NCBI GenBank assembly: GCA_937995985.1 | Contig: CALKIR010000023.1 | Location: 116,466 to 180,465, forward strand | Reading direction: 5' to 3' | DNA: 64,000 bases | From: an uncultured Alcaligenaceae bacterium | GTDB lineage: Bacteria > Pseudomonadota > Gammaproteobacteria > Burkholderiales > Burkholderiaceae_B | In this document: piece after piece, positions 30,744 through 40,369 of the stretch | Layout: every line of letters begins with the position of its first letter | Position numbering within the stretch: the first letter of the stretch is position 1 | Position numbers and translations under genes: made by a program | The notes under the pieces: generated by a model | Seen by the model: the letters and a program-made list of their open reading frames with translations, nothing else | Database searches by the model: none | What the model was told of the DNA's origin: nothing

Positions 30744-31928
30744 ATGAAAAGGAGCTCGCTTTCTAAGTTATGGATAAAAGCGATTGGGGTGGGGGCATGG
30801 TCTTTTACTGCAGCGGTCTCAGCGTGGGCACAAGAGCCGGTGAAGGTCGGCATCGCTTTAGATTTATCTGGGCCGTTTGCAGTACTTGGGGCAGAGGCAC
30901 GTGATGGCTTTAATTTAGCCATAGAGTTATTAGAGGGGCAATTAGGGGGAATTCCAGCAGAATTTTTGCAAAATGATTTTGCGGGCAGTCCCGAACAGGC
31001 GGCTCAGTTAGTGAACCGCTATATACAGCGGGAAAAAATAGATTTGTTTACAGGTCCTATCGGCTCTAATGCAGCATTAGCCGTTGCGCCAGCTCTATTT
31101 AAGGCGCAGATACCGTATCTGTCTAGCAATCCTGGGCCCAGCCAGTTTGCGGGCAAGCGCTGCAGTCCATTTTTCTTTGGTCAATATCAAAATGATACCT
31201 ATGATGAGGCTGCTGGACACTTAGCCAATGAAAAAGGGTATCAGAAAATGGTAATCATTGCCCCCAATTATCCGGCAGGGCGTGATCACCTAAGTGGCTT
31301 TAAGCGCTTATATCAAGGTGAGGTAATTGATGAGGTGTATACCCAAATGGGGCAAATTGATTATGCCACTGAAATAGCTCATATTCGTAGCCTCAAGCCA
31401 GATGCTGTATTTTTCTTTTTGCCTGGGGCGATGGGCATCAATTTTATTAAACAATATGTGGCAAGTGGCTTGCAAGATATACCGTTAGTAGCCCCCGGGT
31501 TTTCTGCCGACCAGGATGTGATTGATGCCGTTGGGGAAAGCATGATGGGCTTATTAAGTACCACGCACTGGGCTCATGACTTGCCTATTGAAGCAAATCA
31601 GCGTTTTGTCACTGCGTTTCGTGAAAAATATGAGGGGCGCTATCCTTCAGTTTATGCTGCCATGGCTTATGATACCGTGATGGCGATGGATGCTGCGGTG
31701 CGTGATGCAGGAGGCGTAGAGGATAGGCAAGCATTGCTTGAGGCATTGCGTAATCCAAGTTTTGAGTCGGTACGCGGTGAGTTTGAGTATGGTCCCAATC
31801 ATTATCCCATTCAAAATTATTATGTGCGTGAGGTGCAGGTTGATGAGGATGGGGTACTGACCAATAAGTTAATTGGTACTGTGCTTGAGCGGCATCAGGA
31901 TGCTTATGTAGAGGATTGCCGTCACTAA
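30744..31928 (+). CDS. ABC transporter substrate-binding protein, LivJ/Peripla_BP_6 type
   Basis: Signal peptide (...AVSAWAQEPVKVG) and a typical branched-chain amino-acid-type SBP pattern. It is the first gene of a five-gene ABC cluster. Confidence 0.88.
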   Translation: MKRSSLSKLWIKAIGVGAWSFTAAVSAWAQEPVKVGIALDLSGPFAVLGAEARDGFNLAIELLEGQLGGIPAEFLQNDFAGSPEQAAQLVNRYIQREKIDLFTGPIGSNAALAVAPALFKAQIPYLSSNPGPSQFAGKRCSPFFFGQYQNDTYDEAAGHLANEKGYQKMVIIAPNYPAGRDHLSGFKRLYQGEVIDEVYTQMGQIDYATEIAHIRSLKPDAVFFFLPGAMGINFIKQYVASGLQDIPLVAPGFSADQDVIDAVGESMMGLLSTTHWAHDLPIEANQRFVTAFREKYEGRYPSVYAAMAYDTVMAMDAAVRDAGGVEDRQALLEALRNPSFESVRGEFEYGPNHYPIQNYYVREVQVDEDGVLTNKLIGTVLERHQDAYVEDCRH

Positions 31929-31955
31929 GCACGAGTCACGGAGCAAGGGGTAGGA

Positions 31956-32876
31956 ATGGATGGGGTGTTTATTGCCGAGCAGTTACTCAATGGAGTGGGC
32001 TATGGTCTGATGCTGTTTCTAATAGCGGCAGGGTTGACTCTGGTGTTTGGCATTATGGATACCATGAATCTTGCCCACGGCTCCCTATTTATGGTGGGGG
32101 CTTATGTGGCAGCACGTGTTCATGTCAGCAGCGGTTCGATGTGGATTGCTGTCTTGGTCGCAATAGTTGTTACTATGGCGGTGGCTTGGGGGCTAGAAAA
32201 ACTCATTATGCGGTTTTTATACCGCCGCGATCATTTGGCTCAAGTACTGGCCACCTTTGGCATTATTTTAATAACAGATGATGCGGTGAAAGCCATCTGG
32301 GGGGTGGCTCCTATGATGGCGCCGATGCCTTCTTTACTCAGTCAGCCAGTGCTGTTGTGGCCAGGCTTGTATTATCCAGCGTATCGATTGCTCTTGATAG
32401 GAGCAGGGTTGTTCGTCGCTTTAGGCCTGTATGTGTTGGTTCATCATACGCGCATGGGTATGCTGGTCCGGGCTGGCGCTTCTAATCGCAGGATGGCAGA
32501 GTTTATGGGGGTGCGGGTTGGACGTGTTTTTTCTTTCATATTTGTTTTGGGGGCGGCTTTAGCCGCATTAGCCGGAGCTTTGATGGGACCCATTAGCGCG
32601 GTTCAAATCGGGATGGGGGAGAAAATACTCATTCCTGCATTGGTGGTTATTGTTATAGGGGGGATTGGTTCGGTGCGCGGAGCGTGGGTAGCGGCTATGT
32701 TGGTAGGGATGCTCGATACTGTTGGACGGGCTTTTTTGCCGCCTCTCCTAAGAGCAGTGCTGCCGCCTACTATTGCCGCTGATCTAGGGCCTGCTTTAGC
32801 AGGCATTATGGTGTATGTACTAATGGCTGTAGTCTTGGCGGTGAAACCACAGGGACTGTTCCCCGCGCGTGCCTAG
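31956..32876 (+). CDS. branched-chain amino acid ABC transporter permease (LivH-like)
   Basis: 306-aa polytopic protein starting like LivH (LLNGVGYGLMLFLIAAGLTLVFG). Confidence 0.9.
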   Translation: MDGVFIAEQLLNGVGYGLMLFLIAAGLTLVFGIMDTMNLAHGSLFMVGAYVAARVHVSSGSMWIAVLVAIVVTMAVAWGLEKLIMRFLYRRDHLAQVLATFGIILITDDAVKAIWGVAPMMAPMPSLLSQPVLLWPGLYYPAYRLLLIGAGLFVALGLYVLVHHTRMGMLVRAGASNRRMAEFMGVRVGRVFSFIFVLGAALAALAGALMGPISAVQIGMGEKILIPALVVIVIGGIGSVRGAWVAAMLVGMLDTVGRAFLPPLLRAVLPPTIAADLGPALAGIMVYVLMAVVLAVKPQGLFPARA

Positions 32877-32888
32877 AGTGAGCGACTC

Positions 32889-33878
32889 ATGAATGTTTCT
32901 ATAGATCAGTTACAAGCGAGGGCGTGTACCCGGCAACGTCTTTGGTCTCGTTGGCTCCAGTTATTACTGCCTTGGCTTGTGCTTTTGCTCTTTGCCTTGG
33001 TGCCCGTTCTAGATCAGCAATGGGGGCTTAATTATTATGTAGGGTTTATTACCCGAATGCTGATCATTGCTATTGCGGCAAGCAGTCTCAATTGGATTTT
33101 AGGCTATGGCGGGCTAGTAGCTTTGGGCCATGCTGGTTTTATGGGCGTTGGGGCTTATGCTTTGGTGGCTTGGGTGGACGCTGGTTTTGAATCGGCTTGG
33201 ATAGCATGGGGCCTAGGGATAGCATTAGCTGCTTTGGTGTCTCTCTTAATTGGGATGGTGGCGTTGCGTACCCGCGGGGTATATTTCATCATGATTACCC
33301 TGGCTTTTGCGGAAATGTTGTATTACTTTGCTACGTCATTGAGTACTTATGGCGGTGATGATGGCTATAGTATTTATGTTCCATTGAGTTTGGGTTCATG
33401 GCTTGATGAATGGGCCTATGGTTTTTATTGTGTTGTCTTGGGCTGTGCCGTGGTGGTGTACGGGATCAGTAGCTGTTTGGAGCGCTCACGTTTTGGCTAT
33501 GCACTCCGCGGGGCGCGTGACAATGAAAGCCGTATGCATGCACTCGGCTATGCCGTTTTTCTTGTCCGTTTAGTTGCTTTTGTGGGGGCAGGTGCTGTAG
33601 CGGGCTTGGCCGGAGGTTTATTAGCTTTTCAGGATGGTTTTGTGAGTCCTTCCTCAATGCAGTGGACCCATTCAGCAGTGCTGATAGTAATGGTTGTTAT
33701 GGGAGGTATGGGACACCGCTGGGGGGGTGCATTGGGGGCGCTAATCTGGTTAGTACTTGAAGAGTGTTTGCGGATGCATACCGATTATTGGCATTGGCCC
33801 ATGGGAGTGATGCTATTGCTGGTTGTATTTTTAGCTCCTCGCGGTGTGGCAGGCTTATTGACGCGGGTCAAAGAATGA
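32889..33878 (+). CDS. branched-chain amino acid ABC transporter permease (LivM-like)
   Basis: 329-aa polytopic protein with a LivM-like core (NWILGYGGLVALGHAGFMGVGAY). Confidence 0.9.
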   Translation: MNVSIDQLQARACTRQRLWSRWLQLLLPWLVLLLFALVPVLDQQWGLNYYVGFITRMLIIAIAASSLNWILGYGGLVALGHAGFMGVGAYALVAWVDAGFESAWIAWGLGIALAALVSLLIGMVALRTRGVYFIMITLAFAEMLYYFATSLSTYGGDDGYSIYVPLSLGSWLDEWAYGFYCVVLGCAVVVYGISSCLERSRFGYALRGARDNESRMHALGYAVFLVRLVAFVGAGAVAGLAGGLLAFQDGFVSPSSMQWTHSAVLIVMVVMGGMGHRWGGALGALIWLVLEECLRMHTDYWHWPMGVMLLLVVFLAPRGVAGLLTRVKE

Positions 33879-34624
33879 CACTGTTTTATACTCAAAATTT
33901 ATGCAAACGTTTTGGTGGCTTATTGGCGATCAATCAGGTTTCTTTACAAATAAAAACAGGTGAGATACATGCACTAATTGGTCCCAATGGAGCAGGTAAA
34001 TCCACATTGGTTCATTTAATATCAGGTTTTGAGCGGGCGGATAGTGGTGAGGTGGTATTGGCAGGGCAATCATTACAGGGGATGTCTGCTGCACAGCGCG
34101 TGCATGCGGGTTTGAGCCGTTGCTTTCAGGTGACCAATGTGTTTGCTCAAGATACGGTATTAGATAATTTATTATTGGCTGTACAGGCCCATACGGGCAG
34201 TAGTTTTAGTTTTTTTAGAGCGCGTTCCCGTGAGACTCAGTTATATCAACAGGCGTTGCAGTTAGCTACTCAATTTGACCTCAGTGAGGTATTAATGCAT
34301 CGGGCTGGGGCGTTAGCACATGGAGTGCAGCGGCGTCTTGATTTGGCCTTAGCTCTAGCAAGCCGGCCTAAATTATTACTTTTAGATGAGCCCATGGCTG
34401 GGATGGGCCCCGAAGATGCACCGCGCATGGTCGCGCTGATTCGTCGTTTGAATCGCCAAACAACTATTTTATTAATTGAGCATGATATGGAAACAGTGTT
34501 TCAACTTGCTGACCGGGTGTCTGTTTTGGTGTATGGGCAGCTCTTAAAAACGGGTACACCAGCAGAAATTAAGGCTGATCCAGAGGTGCAGGCGGTTTAT
34601 TTGGGTAAGGATAATGATGAGTGA
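33875..34624 (+). CDS. ABC transporter ATP-binding protein (LivG-like)
   Basis: Walker A GPNGAGKST and Walker B LLLLDEP. The start ATG overlaps the livM-like stop (ATGA), and the ORF-track N-terminal extension lies inside the permease gene. Confidence 0.92.
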   Translation: MTLFYTQNLCKRFGGLLAINQVSLQIKTGEIHALIGPNGAGKSTLVHLISGFERADSGEVVLAGQSLQGMSAAQRVHAGLSRCFQVTNVFAQDTVLDNLLLAVQAHTGSSFSFFRARSRETQLYQQALQLATQFDLSEVLMHRAGALAHGVQRRLDLALALASRPKLLLLDEPMAGMGPEDAPRMVALIRRLNRQTTILLIEHDMETVFQLADRVSVLVYGQLLKTGTPAEIKADPEVQAVYLGKDNDE

Positions 34625-34633
34625 GGCAGGTAT

Positions 34634-35368
34634 ATGAAGGCTGTTCCTAGCCGGTCCAGTCCAGTGCTTTTAGAGGTGCATAAGATCAATGCAGGCTATG
34701 GGGCAAGCCAAGTATTATTTGATATAAGCTTAGCTATCCATGAGCAGGAGGTGGTGAGTGTATTAGGCCGTAATGGCATGGGGAAGAGCACCTTGATTAA
34801 GACCTTAATGGGAGCCATCCCCCCTATTTCTGGCACCCTATATTTTGATGGCGCGCCTATGCACCGTTTATCTCCTGATGCCATTGCACGGCGAGGCATT
34901 GCCATTGTACCTGAAGGGCGCATGTGCTTTCCTAATTTAACGGTGGAAGAGCATTTAGTAGCATTTGCTACGCGGCGCCATGCTCAGGGTCATCCTTGGA
35001 CGGTATCGCGTATTTATGAGATGTTCCCACGTCTACAAGAGCGGGCGCAGCATCTGGGGCATCAGCTTTCAGGAGGGGAGCAGCAGATGCTCGCTATTGG
35101 TCGCGCTTTATCGACCAATCCAAAGCTACTAATTTTAGATGAGGCCACTGAAGGATTGGCGCCTATAGTACGCGAAGAAATATGGCACTGTTTGGCTCAG
35201 TTAAGAGCAGCTGGGCAGACCATTTTAGTTGTGGATAAATATGTAGAGCGTTTACTGGAGGTAGCGGATCGCCATTTGATTCTAGAAAAAGGACGTATAG
35301 TTTGGACGGGTAGTTCTGAGCAGTTGCGCGATTCTAGAGCGGTATGGAATAAATATTTAAGTATTTAA
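34634..35368 (+). CDS. ABC transporter ATP-binding protein (LivF-like)
   Basis: Walker A GRNGMGKST, signature LSGGEQQML and Walker B LLILDE. Confidence 0.92.
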   Translation: MKAVPSRSSPVLLEVHKINAGYGASQVLFDISLAIHEQEVVSVLGRNGMGKSTLIKTLMGAIPPISGTLYFDGAPMHRLSPDAIARRGIAIVPEGRMCFPNLTVEEHLVAFATRRHAQGHPWTVSRIYEMFPRLQERAQHLGHQLSGGEQQMLAIGRALSTNPKLLILDEATEGLAPIVREEIWHCLAQLRAAGQTILVVDKYVERLLEVADRHLILEKGRIVWTGSSEQLRDSRAVWNKYLSI

Positions 35369-35428
35369 CAGTAAGCATTCGTATAAATAGCATACAATGC
35401 ACTCATTACTGATTAAGGATCAAGCATC

Positions 35429-36151
35429 ATGTCCGAAAAAATCATTGCCATTGTCCCCGCTGGGGGGATTGGAGCACGTGCCCGGCGTGGAGGGCCCGCA
35501 GCATTGTTAAAGCCAGATCTACCGAAACAATATGAGTTGTTGCGGGGGCTGCCTATGCTGCGTTGCTCTGTGCTGTGCTTATTAGATGAACCGCGTATTC
35601 AGCAGGTGCGCGCCATTGTCCATCCTGAGGATTTATGGGCTGAACGAGCTTTGCAAGGGTTAAAGAAAACAGTATGGCGCCATTGTGGTGGGCCGACACG
35701 GGCAGACACAGTGCGCAATGCTTTACATGATTTGCAGCCAGATGAGGATACTTGGGTGCTGGTCCATGATGCTGCACGCCCAGGATTGCCCTTTGATGCT
35801 TTGCAGCGCCTGATTGACACCTGTTTGAATACAGGGCAGGGGGGGCTGTTGGCTATTCCTGTGCCGGACACCTTAAAACAACAGGTTGCCCCTTCTCCTG
35901 CGACTTCGCTTATTCATGTTGCGCACACAATTAATCGTGAAGGGCTGTGGATGGCGCAAACGCCGCAAATGTTTAAAGGACAAGAGCTGCTTCGAGCTTT
36001 GGATGATGCCCATGCTTCAGGGGTAGAGGTGACCGATGAAGCGTCAGCTATGGAGCGAATGGGGGTGCAACCATTGCTTATCGAAGGTTCGGTAAAAAAT
36101 TTCAAGGTGACTTGGCCAGGTGATTTTCAATTAATGGAGCAGTGGTTGTAA
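35429..36151 (+). CDS. ispD: 2-C-methyl-D-erythritol 4-phosphate cytidylyltransferase
   Basis: N-terminal [11 protein letters not shown] loop and VLVHDAARP motif. It is coupled to ispF by a TAATG overlap. Confidence 0.93.
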   Translation: MSEKIIAIVPAGGIGARARRGGPAALLKPDLPKQYELLRGLPMLRCSVLCLLDEPRIQQVRAIVHPEDLWAERALQGLKKTVWRHCGGPTRADTVRNALHDLQPDEDTWVLVHDAARPGLPFDALQRLIDTCLNTGQGGLLAIPVPDTLKQQVAPSPATSLIHVAHTINREGLWMAQTPQMFKGQELLRALDDAHASGVEVTDEASAMERMGVQPLLIEGSVKNFKVTWPGDFQLMEQWL

Positions 36152-36639
36152 TGGCAGTAGAGTTTCGTGTTGGACAGGGCTTTGATGTTCATGTTTTGGT
36201 GCCTGATAGGCCATTAATTATTGGTGGGGTGACCATTGAGCATAGCCATGGCTTATTGGGTCATTCCGATGCTGATGTATTGATGCATGCTGTGACAGAT
36301 GCCTTATTAGGAGGCGCTGGACTCGGGGATATTGGGCAATTGTTTCCCGATACCGATCCTCAATATGAAAATGCAGACAGTCGCGTGTTGCTGCGTAGTG
36401 CTTATGAACGGGTGCAGCAGGCAGGTTGGCAAGTGGTGAATATGGATGCCACTATTCATGCTCAGGCACCAAAGATGGCGCCTCATACCCCCCATATGCG
36501 CAAGCATTTAGCAGCCGATTTAAATGTAGAAATTGACCGTATTAATATTAAGGCTAAGACCAATGAGGGGTTGGGGCATATTGGGCGCAAAGAGGGGATT
36601 GCCGCTCAAGTAGTGGTGTTATTGCAGCGTCAGTTTTAG
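36151..36639 (+). CDS. ispF: 2-C-methyl-D-erythritol 2,4-cyclodiphosphate synthase
   Basis: RVGQGFDVH and [11 protein letters not shown] zinc/substrate motifs. The GTG at 36142 is an alternative start. Confidence 0.95.
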   Translation: MAVEFRVGQGFDVHVLVPDRPLIIGGVTIEHSHGLLGHSDADVLMHAVTDALLGGAGLGDIGQLFPDTDPQYENADSRVLLRSAYERVQQAGWQVVNMDATIHAQAPKMAPHTPHMRKHLAADLNVEIDRINIKAKTNEGLGHIGRKEGIAAQVVVLLQRQF

Positions 36640-36642
36640 GGT

Positions 36643-38058
36643 TTAGTTCTTTTTTTGTAAGCTGCGTGCCCGAGGTAAAATAATCTGGGCGCGCAGTCCT
36701 TTGCCAGGAGTGGAGTGAAGTTTGAGCTCTCCTCCTACTTGGCGCAATAGGCGTTCAACAATGGCTAGGCCTAATCCGGCACCGCTGACGCCTGTGCGAG
36801 CGGATTCCCCCCTTGAAAAGGGGCGCAGTAAGCGTTGAATCTCATGTTCAGCAATGCCCATACCTTGGTCCTGTATCTCAATAATGACCTGCTGATTATT
36901 TTGGTAGGCTTTGAGATGAATATGAGCGTGGTTATCTGTTGGGCTGCGGCCATAGCGGCGCGCATTTTCTATAAGATTGATAATGATCCGTTTTAGATCG
37001 TGTGCTGAGATTTTTGCCCATAAGCCGTCTTGAATTTGAGCACTGAGGGTCCCATCAAGAGTTTCAGTATGGGGGCGCTCCCGTTCGTAGGTTTCTTGGA
37101 TAACTTGGGAAATATTAATCCCTTCGTCAGGAGCACTGCTAGCAGGACGGGCATATTCCATGAGCTGTTCAATGCTATGGTTGATTTGCGCTAAATCCTC
37201 ATCAATGGCTTGGCGTGCTTCATCACTCATCTGGCTCATTTCTATTTCTAGGCGCATGCGCGCGAGTGGGGTGCGCAAATCATGGGAAATGCCTGCCAAC
37301 ATAATTTCTCTATCCGCCTCTGCTTGTTGAATATCCCGCACCATACGATTAAATGCAATGTTCATATCGCGGATTTCTGCAGGGCCACGTTCGGGAAGGG
37401 TCATCGGAGTTTCGCCGCGCGATAATTGCTGAGTGACTTGAGCAAGCTGAGCTAATGGGCGATTCACAAAACGAACACTGACTCCTGCGCCGACAATCGC
37501 AAGAATAAGGGCGGTAATAGCCCAGCCCAGCCATTCGGAGCCGGTAGTTAGGCTGAGTTCCTCACGATTAAATACGACCCAGAATTTCTCGGCGCCTAAT
37601 TCGAATGATACCCAGATACCAGGCAAATCATTGACAGACCACATAACTAGGGTATTGCTGCCTAAGCTTTTACGGATTTCAGCGGCTACTTGCTGCCAAT
37701 AATCGCTGCGCGGCAAAGGCTCAAGTACGTCATTGGCAGCTCGTGGTTGCACACGCAGTCCCTCTTTGGTTGCCAAATCAAGGAGCAGCTCAGGGCGACT
37801 GTCTTCGGGGGCATATTGCAGGGCAGATTTGGTAATACTGACAACCGAAGTCACACGCAGCGCCATTTGATGCGCTCGTGGGCCTTCTTCCATACTAAAA
37901 AAAACTTGTAACCACGCGCCTAAGCTAACAAGCATCAACATAGTCAGCAGCAAAAAGGAACGAGAAAACAGGCCGAGTTTGATCGGCCTGTTTTTACTTT
38001 TTGAATCCTTTTTTTGTGGCTGCTGTGCGTGTGGCGCCGAGCCAGGGTAATCAGTCAT
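36643..38058 (-). CDS. envZ: EnvZ-type (RisS-like) sensor histidine kinase
   Basis: Two TM segments, a HAMP region, the H-box ISHDLRTPL, and N/G boxes (NLIENARRYG, GAGLGLAIV). It lies downstream of ompR. Confidence 0.88.
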   Translation of the reverse strand: MTDYPGSAPHAQQPQKKDSKSKNRPIKLGLFSRSFLLLTMLMLVSLGAWLQVFFSMEEGPRAHQMALRVTSVVSITKSALQYAPEDSRPELLLDLATKEGLRVQPRAANDVLEPLPRSDYWQQVAAEIRKSLGSNTLVMWSVNDLPGIWVSFELGAEKFWVVFNREELSLTTGSEWLGWAITALILAIVGAGVSVRFVNRPLAQLAQVTQQLSRGETPMTLPERGPAEIRDMNIAFNRMVRDIQQAEADREIMLAGISHDLRTPLARMRLEIEMSQMSDEARQAIDEDLAQINHSIEQLMEYARPASSAPDEGINISQVIQETYERERPHTETLDGTLSAQIQDGLWAKISAHDLKRIIINLIENARRYGRSPTDNHAHIHLKAYQNNQQVIIEIQDQGMGIAEHEIQRLLRPFSRGESARTGVSGAGLGLAIVERLLRQVGGELKLHSTPGKGLRAQIILPRARSLQKKN

Positions 38059-38070
38059 GAAGCAATACTG

Positions 38071-38802
38071 TTAGTGACCACCATCGGGTACGAATACATA
38101 ACCAAGGCCCCAGACCGTCTGGATGAATACCGGCTTGGATGGATTGGGCTCAATGAGCTTGCGCAAGCGTGATATTTGTACATCAAGACTCCGATCAAAG
38201 GCCTCGTATTCGCGCCCTCGTGCTAATTCCATTAGCTTATCACGTGACAGCGGTATTTTGGGATGACGAGCAAACACTTTGAGTACCGAAAACTCACCTG
38301 TAGTGATGGGAATCACTTCGCCGTTTTTGGTTAAGGTGCGTGTAGAGAGATTAAGGGTATAGGGCCCAAATTCTACTGACTCATTTTCCTGGCTGGGCGC
38401 TCCTGGATGCTCATCGCTCCCCCGACGACGTAAAATCGCATTGACGCGGGCCAAGAGCTCACGGGGGTTAAAGGGCTTGACTAGGTAGTCATCAGCACCC
38501 ATTTCAAGGCCGACAATGCGATCAATTTCTTCGGCCTTTGCCGTGAGCATGATAATAGGAGTATTATCATGGCCACCACGCAAGCGTCGGCAAATTGATA
38601 GGCCATCTTCGCCGGGCAACATAATATCGAGCACGAGCAAATCAAAGTGCTCGCGCTGCCAAAGTTTGGTCATTTCCTTGCCGTCTTCTGCGACAAAAAC
38701 ATTAAACCCTTGCTCGCTTAGGTAGCGACGCAGTAAATCCCGCAAGCGGGGATCATCGTCAACGACAAGAATCTTTCGCGGAGTGTGATTTTGTGTAGTC
38801 AT
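38071..38802 (-). CDS. ompR: OmpR-family (RisA-like) response regulator
   Basis: Receiver domain ILVVDDDPRLRDLL...DLLVLDIMLPGEDG and a winged-helix C-terminus (IQTVWGLGYVFVP). It closely resembles OmpR. Confidence 0.93.
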   Translation of the reverse strand: MTTQNHTPRKILVVDDDPRLRDLLRRYLSEQGFNVFVAEDGKEMTKLWQREHFDLLVLDIMLPGEDGLSICRRLRGGHDNTPIIMLTAKAEEIDRIVGLEMGADDYLVKPFNPRELLARVNAILRRRGSDEHPGAPSQENESVEFGPYTLNLSTRTLTKNGEVIPITTGEFSVLKVFARHPKIPLSRDKLMELARGREYEAFDRSLDVQISRLRKLIEPNPSKPVFIQTVWGLGYVFVPDGGH

Positions 38803-39043
38803 AAGGTAAATGTAACAAGCAAAAAGTCAGACGACCAGCGCTGTAGTAAAGTTTTACAAATGATTCTTTTGAGGCCTCAGTTCGAGTCAAAACAGACAGT
38901 TAGTTACATTTAAGCCAAGAGCCTATAGCATAGTAAAGAGTGCGCTCAGTCCTATCGGAACAGGTAAATAAGGGTAAGATAGGGGCTGGTGGTTAGGCTC
39001 CACTCGGCATAATAAATTATTTTTTTGCGGTTTAATAGTGAGT

Positions 39044-40309
39044 ATGAATTCAGTCAATATTCTTGCCCTAGAATCCTCTACCCCGACATTGGGAGTGGGG
39101 CTATTGCAGGTGAATGAGCAGGGGCAGCAGTCTTTTATACAACGTGAGTTTCATGGCAGCAGTCAGCATGCAGAGCAGATTTTACCTTTAGTGGATGAAG
39201 TATTGGCGCAGGCTGCATTAACGCCGCAAGATATAACCGTCATTGCTTTCGGGCAGGGGCCTGGTGGGTTTACGGGACTACGTGTAGCCTGTGGTGTTGC
39301 TCAAGGGATGGCCTTTGGTTTACAACGGCCGGTGGTGGCTGTGCCTTCATTATTGGCTGTCGCGCAGGCGGCCCAACAGCCAGCAGAGTGGATACAGGTG
39401 GTGCTATTAGATGCACGTATGAATGAGCTTTATGTGGCCGCTTATAGACGAGACAGGAGTCAGACTCAGCCCAGCAGTGCACTGAGCCGTGTCCATAATG
39501 AGATATTAGGTTGGCAGGTGGTGCATGAGCCTATTTTAATTGAAGCACAGTATTTCCCCCTTTGGTTAGAGGAACAACGTCATCAATGGGGACAGCAGCA
39601 TGTAGCATTGCATGGCAATGGCTTGGAGGTTTATCAGGATAATTATGGGGCGCTGCCGGAGGATGAGTTTTTGCACCGGGGGGCTGCATGGGTACCGCAA
39701 GTACGAGCCGTAGCAGAGTTGGCTTGGGAGGGGTGGCAAAGAAAACAAACCATTGCAGCCGAACACGCTGCACCTGTTTATATTCGGGACAAGGTGGCAT
39801 TTACTATTGCAGAGCGCGCCCAAGGGTTGGGAGGCAACCCTGCTGCGGGGTGGCAGCCGATACAGCTAATTCCATTACAGGCCGCTCACATTCCTCAATT
39901 AATGCAGCTAGCCCAAATAACACAGGCAGCTCAGTGGTCTGAGCAACAGTGGCGTTCTGGCTTAGAGGCGGGGCAGTTTGGCTGGGGGCTGATGCGTGGA
40001 GATAAGATGTGTGCTTTTTTATGGGCCAGTCAGGCGGCTACTGAGTCTGAGCTGTTATTGATGGCGACTGACCCACAGTATCGGCGCCGTGGTTATGCCA
40101 CATGGTTATTAAATACATGGCAGCATCATGTAGAACAGCGGGCAGTGACCCAATTGAATTTAGAGGTGCGGGCAAGCAACAGTGCCGCGCAGCAGCTGTA
40201 CGAAGGGTTTGGCTTTGAGCGTGTTGGAGCGCGTGCGCACTATTATCCACAGCCTACAGGAGGCCGTGAGGATGCTTATTTATATACTAAATGGTTAGCA
40301 GTAGAGTGA
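39044..40309 (+). CDS. tsaB: bifunctional TsaB (t6A complex dimerisation subunit) / RimI (ribosomal protein alanine N-acetyltransferase) fusion
   Basis: The N-terminal ~260 aa are TsaB-like (ILALESSTP..., GPGGFTGLRV). The C-terminal ~145 aa are GNAT/RimI-like (RRRGYATWLL, LEVRASNSAAQQLYEGFGF). The frame is continuous with no internal stop. The GTG at 39038 is an alternative start. Confidence 0.85.
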   Translation: MNSVNILALESSTPTLGVGLLQVNEQGQQSFIQREFHGSSQHAEQILPLVDEVLAQAALTPQDITVIAFGQGPGGFTGLRVACGVAQGMAFGLQRPVVAVPSLLAVAQAAQQPAEWIQVVLLDARMNELYVAAYRRDRSQTQPSSALSRVHNEILGWQVVHEPILIEAQYFPLWLEEQRHQWGQQHVALHGNGLEVYQDNYGALPEDEFLHRGAAWVPQVRAVAELAWEGWQRKQTIAAEHAAPVYIRDKVAFTIAERAQGLGGNPAAGWQPIQLIPLQAAHIPQLMQLAQITQAAQWSEQQWRSGLEAGQFGWGLMRGDKMCAFLWASQAATESELLLMATDPQYRRRGYATWLLNTWQHHVEQRAVTQLNLEVRASNSAAQQLYEGFGFERVGARAHYYPQPTGGREDAYLYTKWLAVE

Positions 40310-40369
40310 GTGATTTGAGTTGTTTGTACTTGCACTCAGTATTATGCGTTACAAAGAGAGCTTATCATC

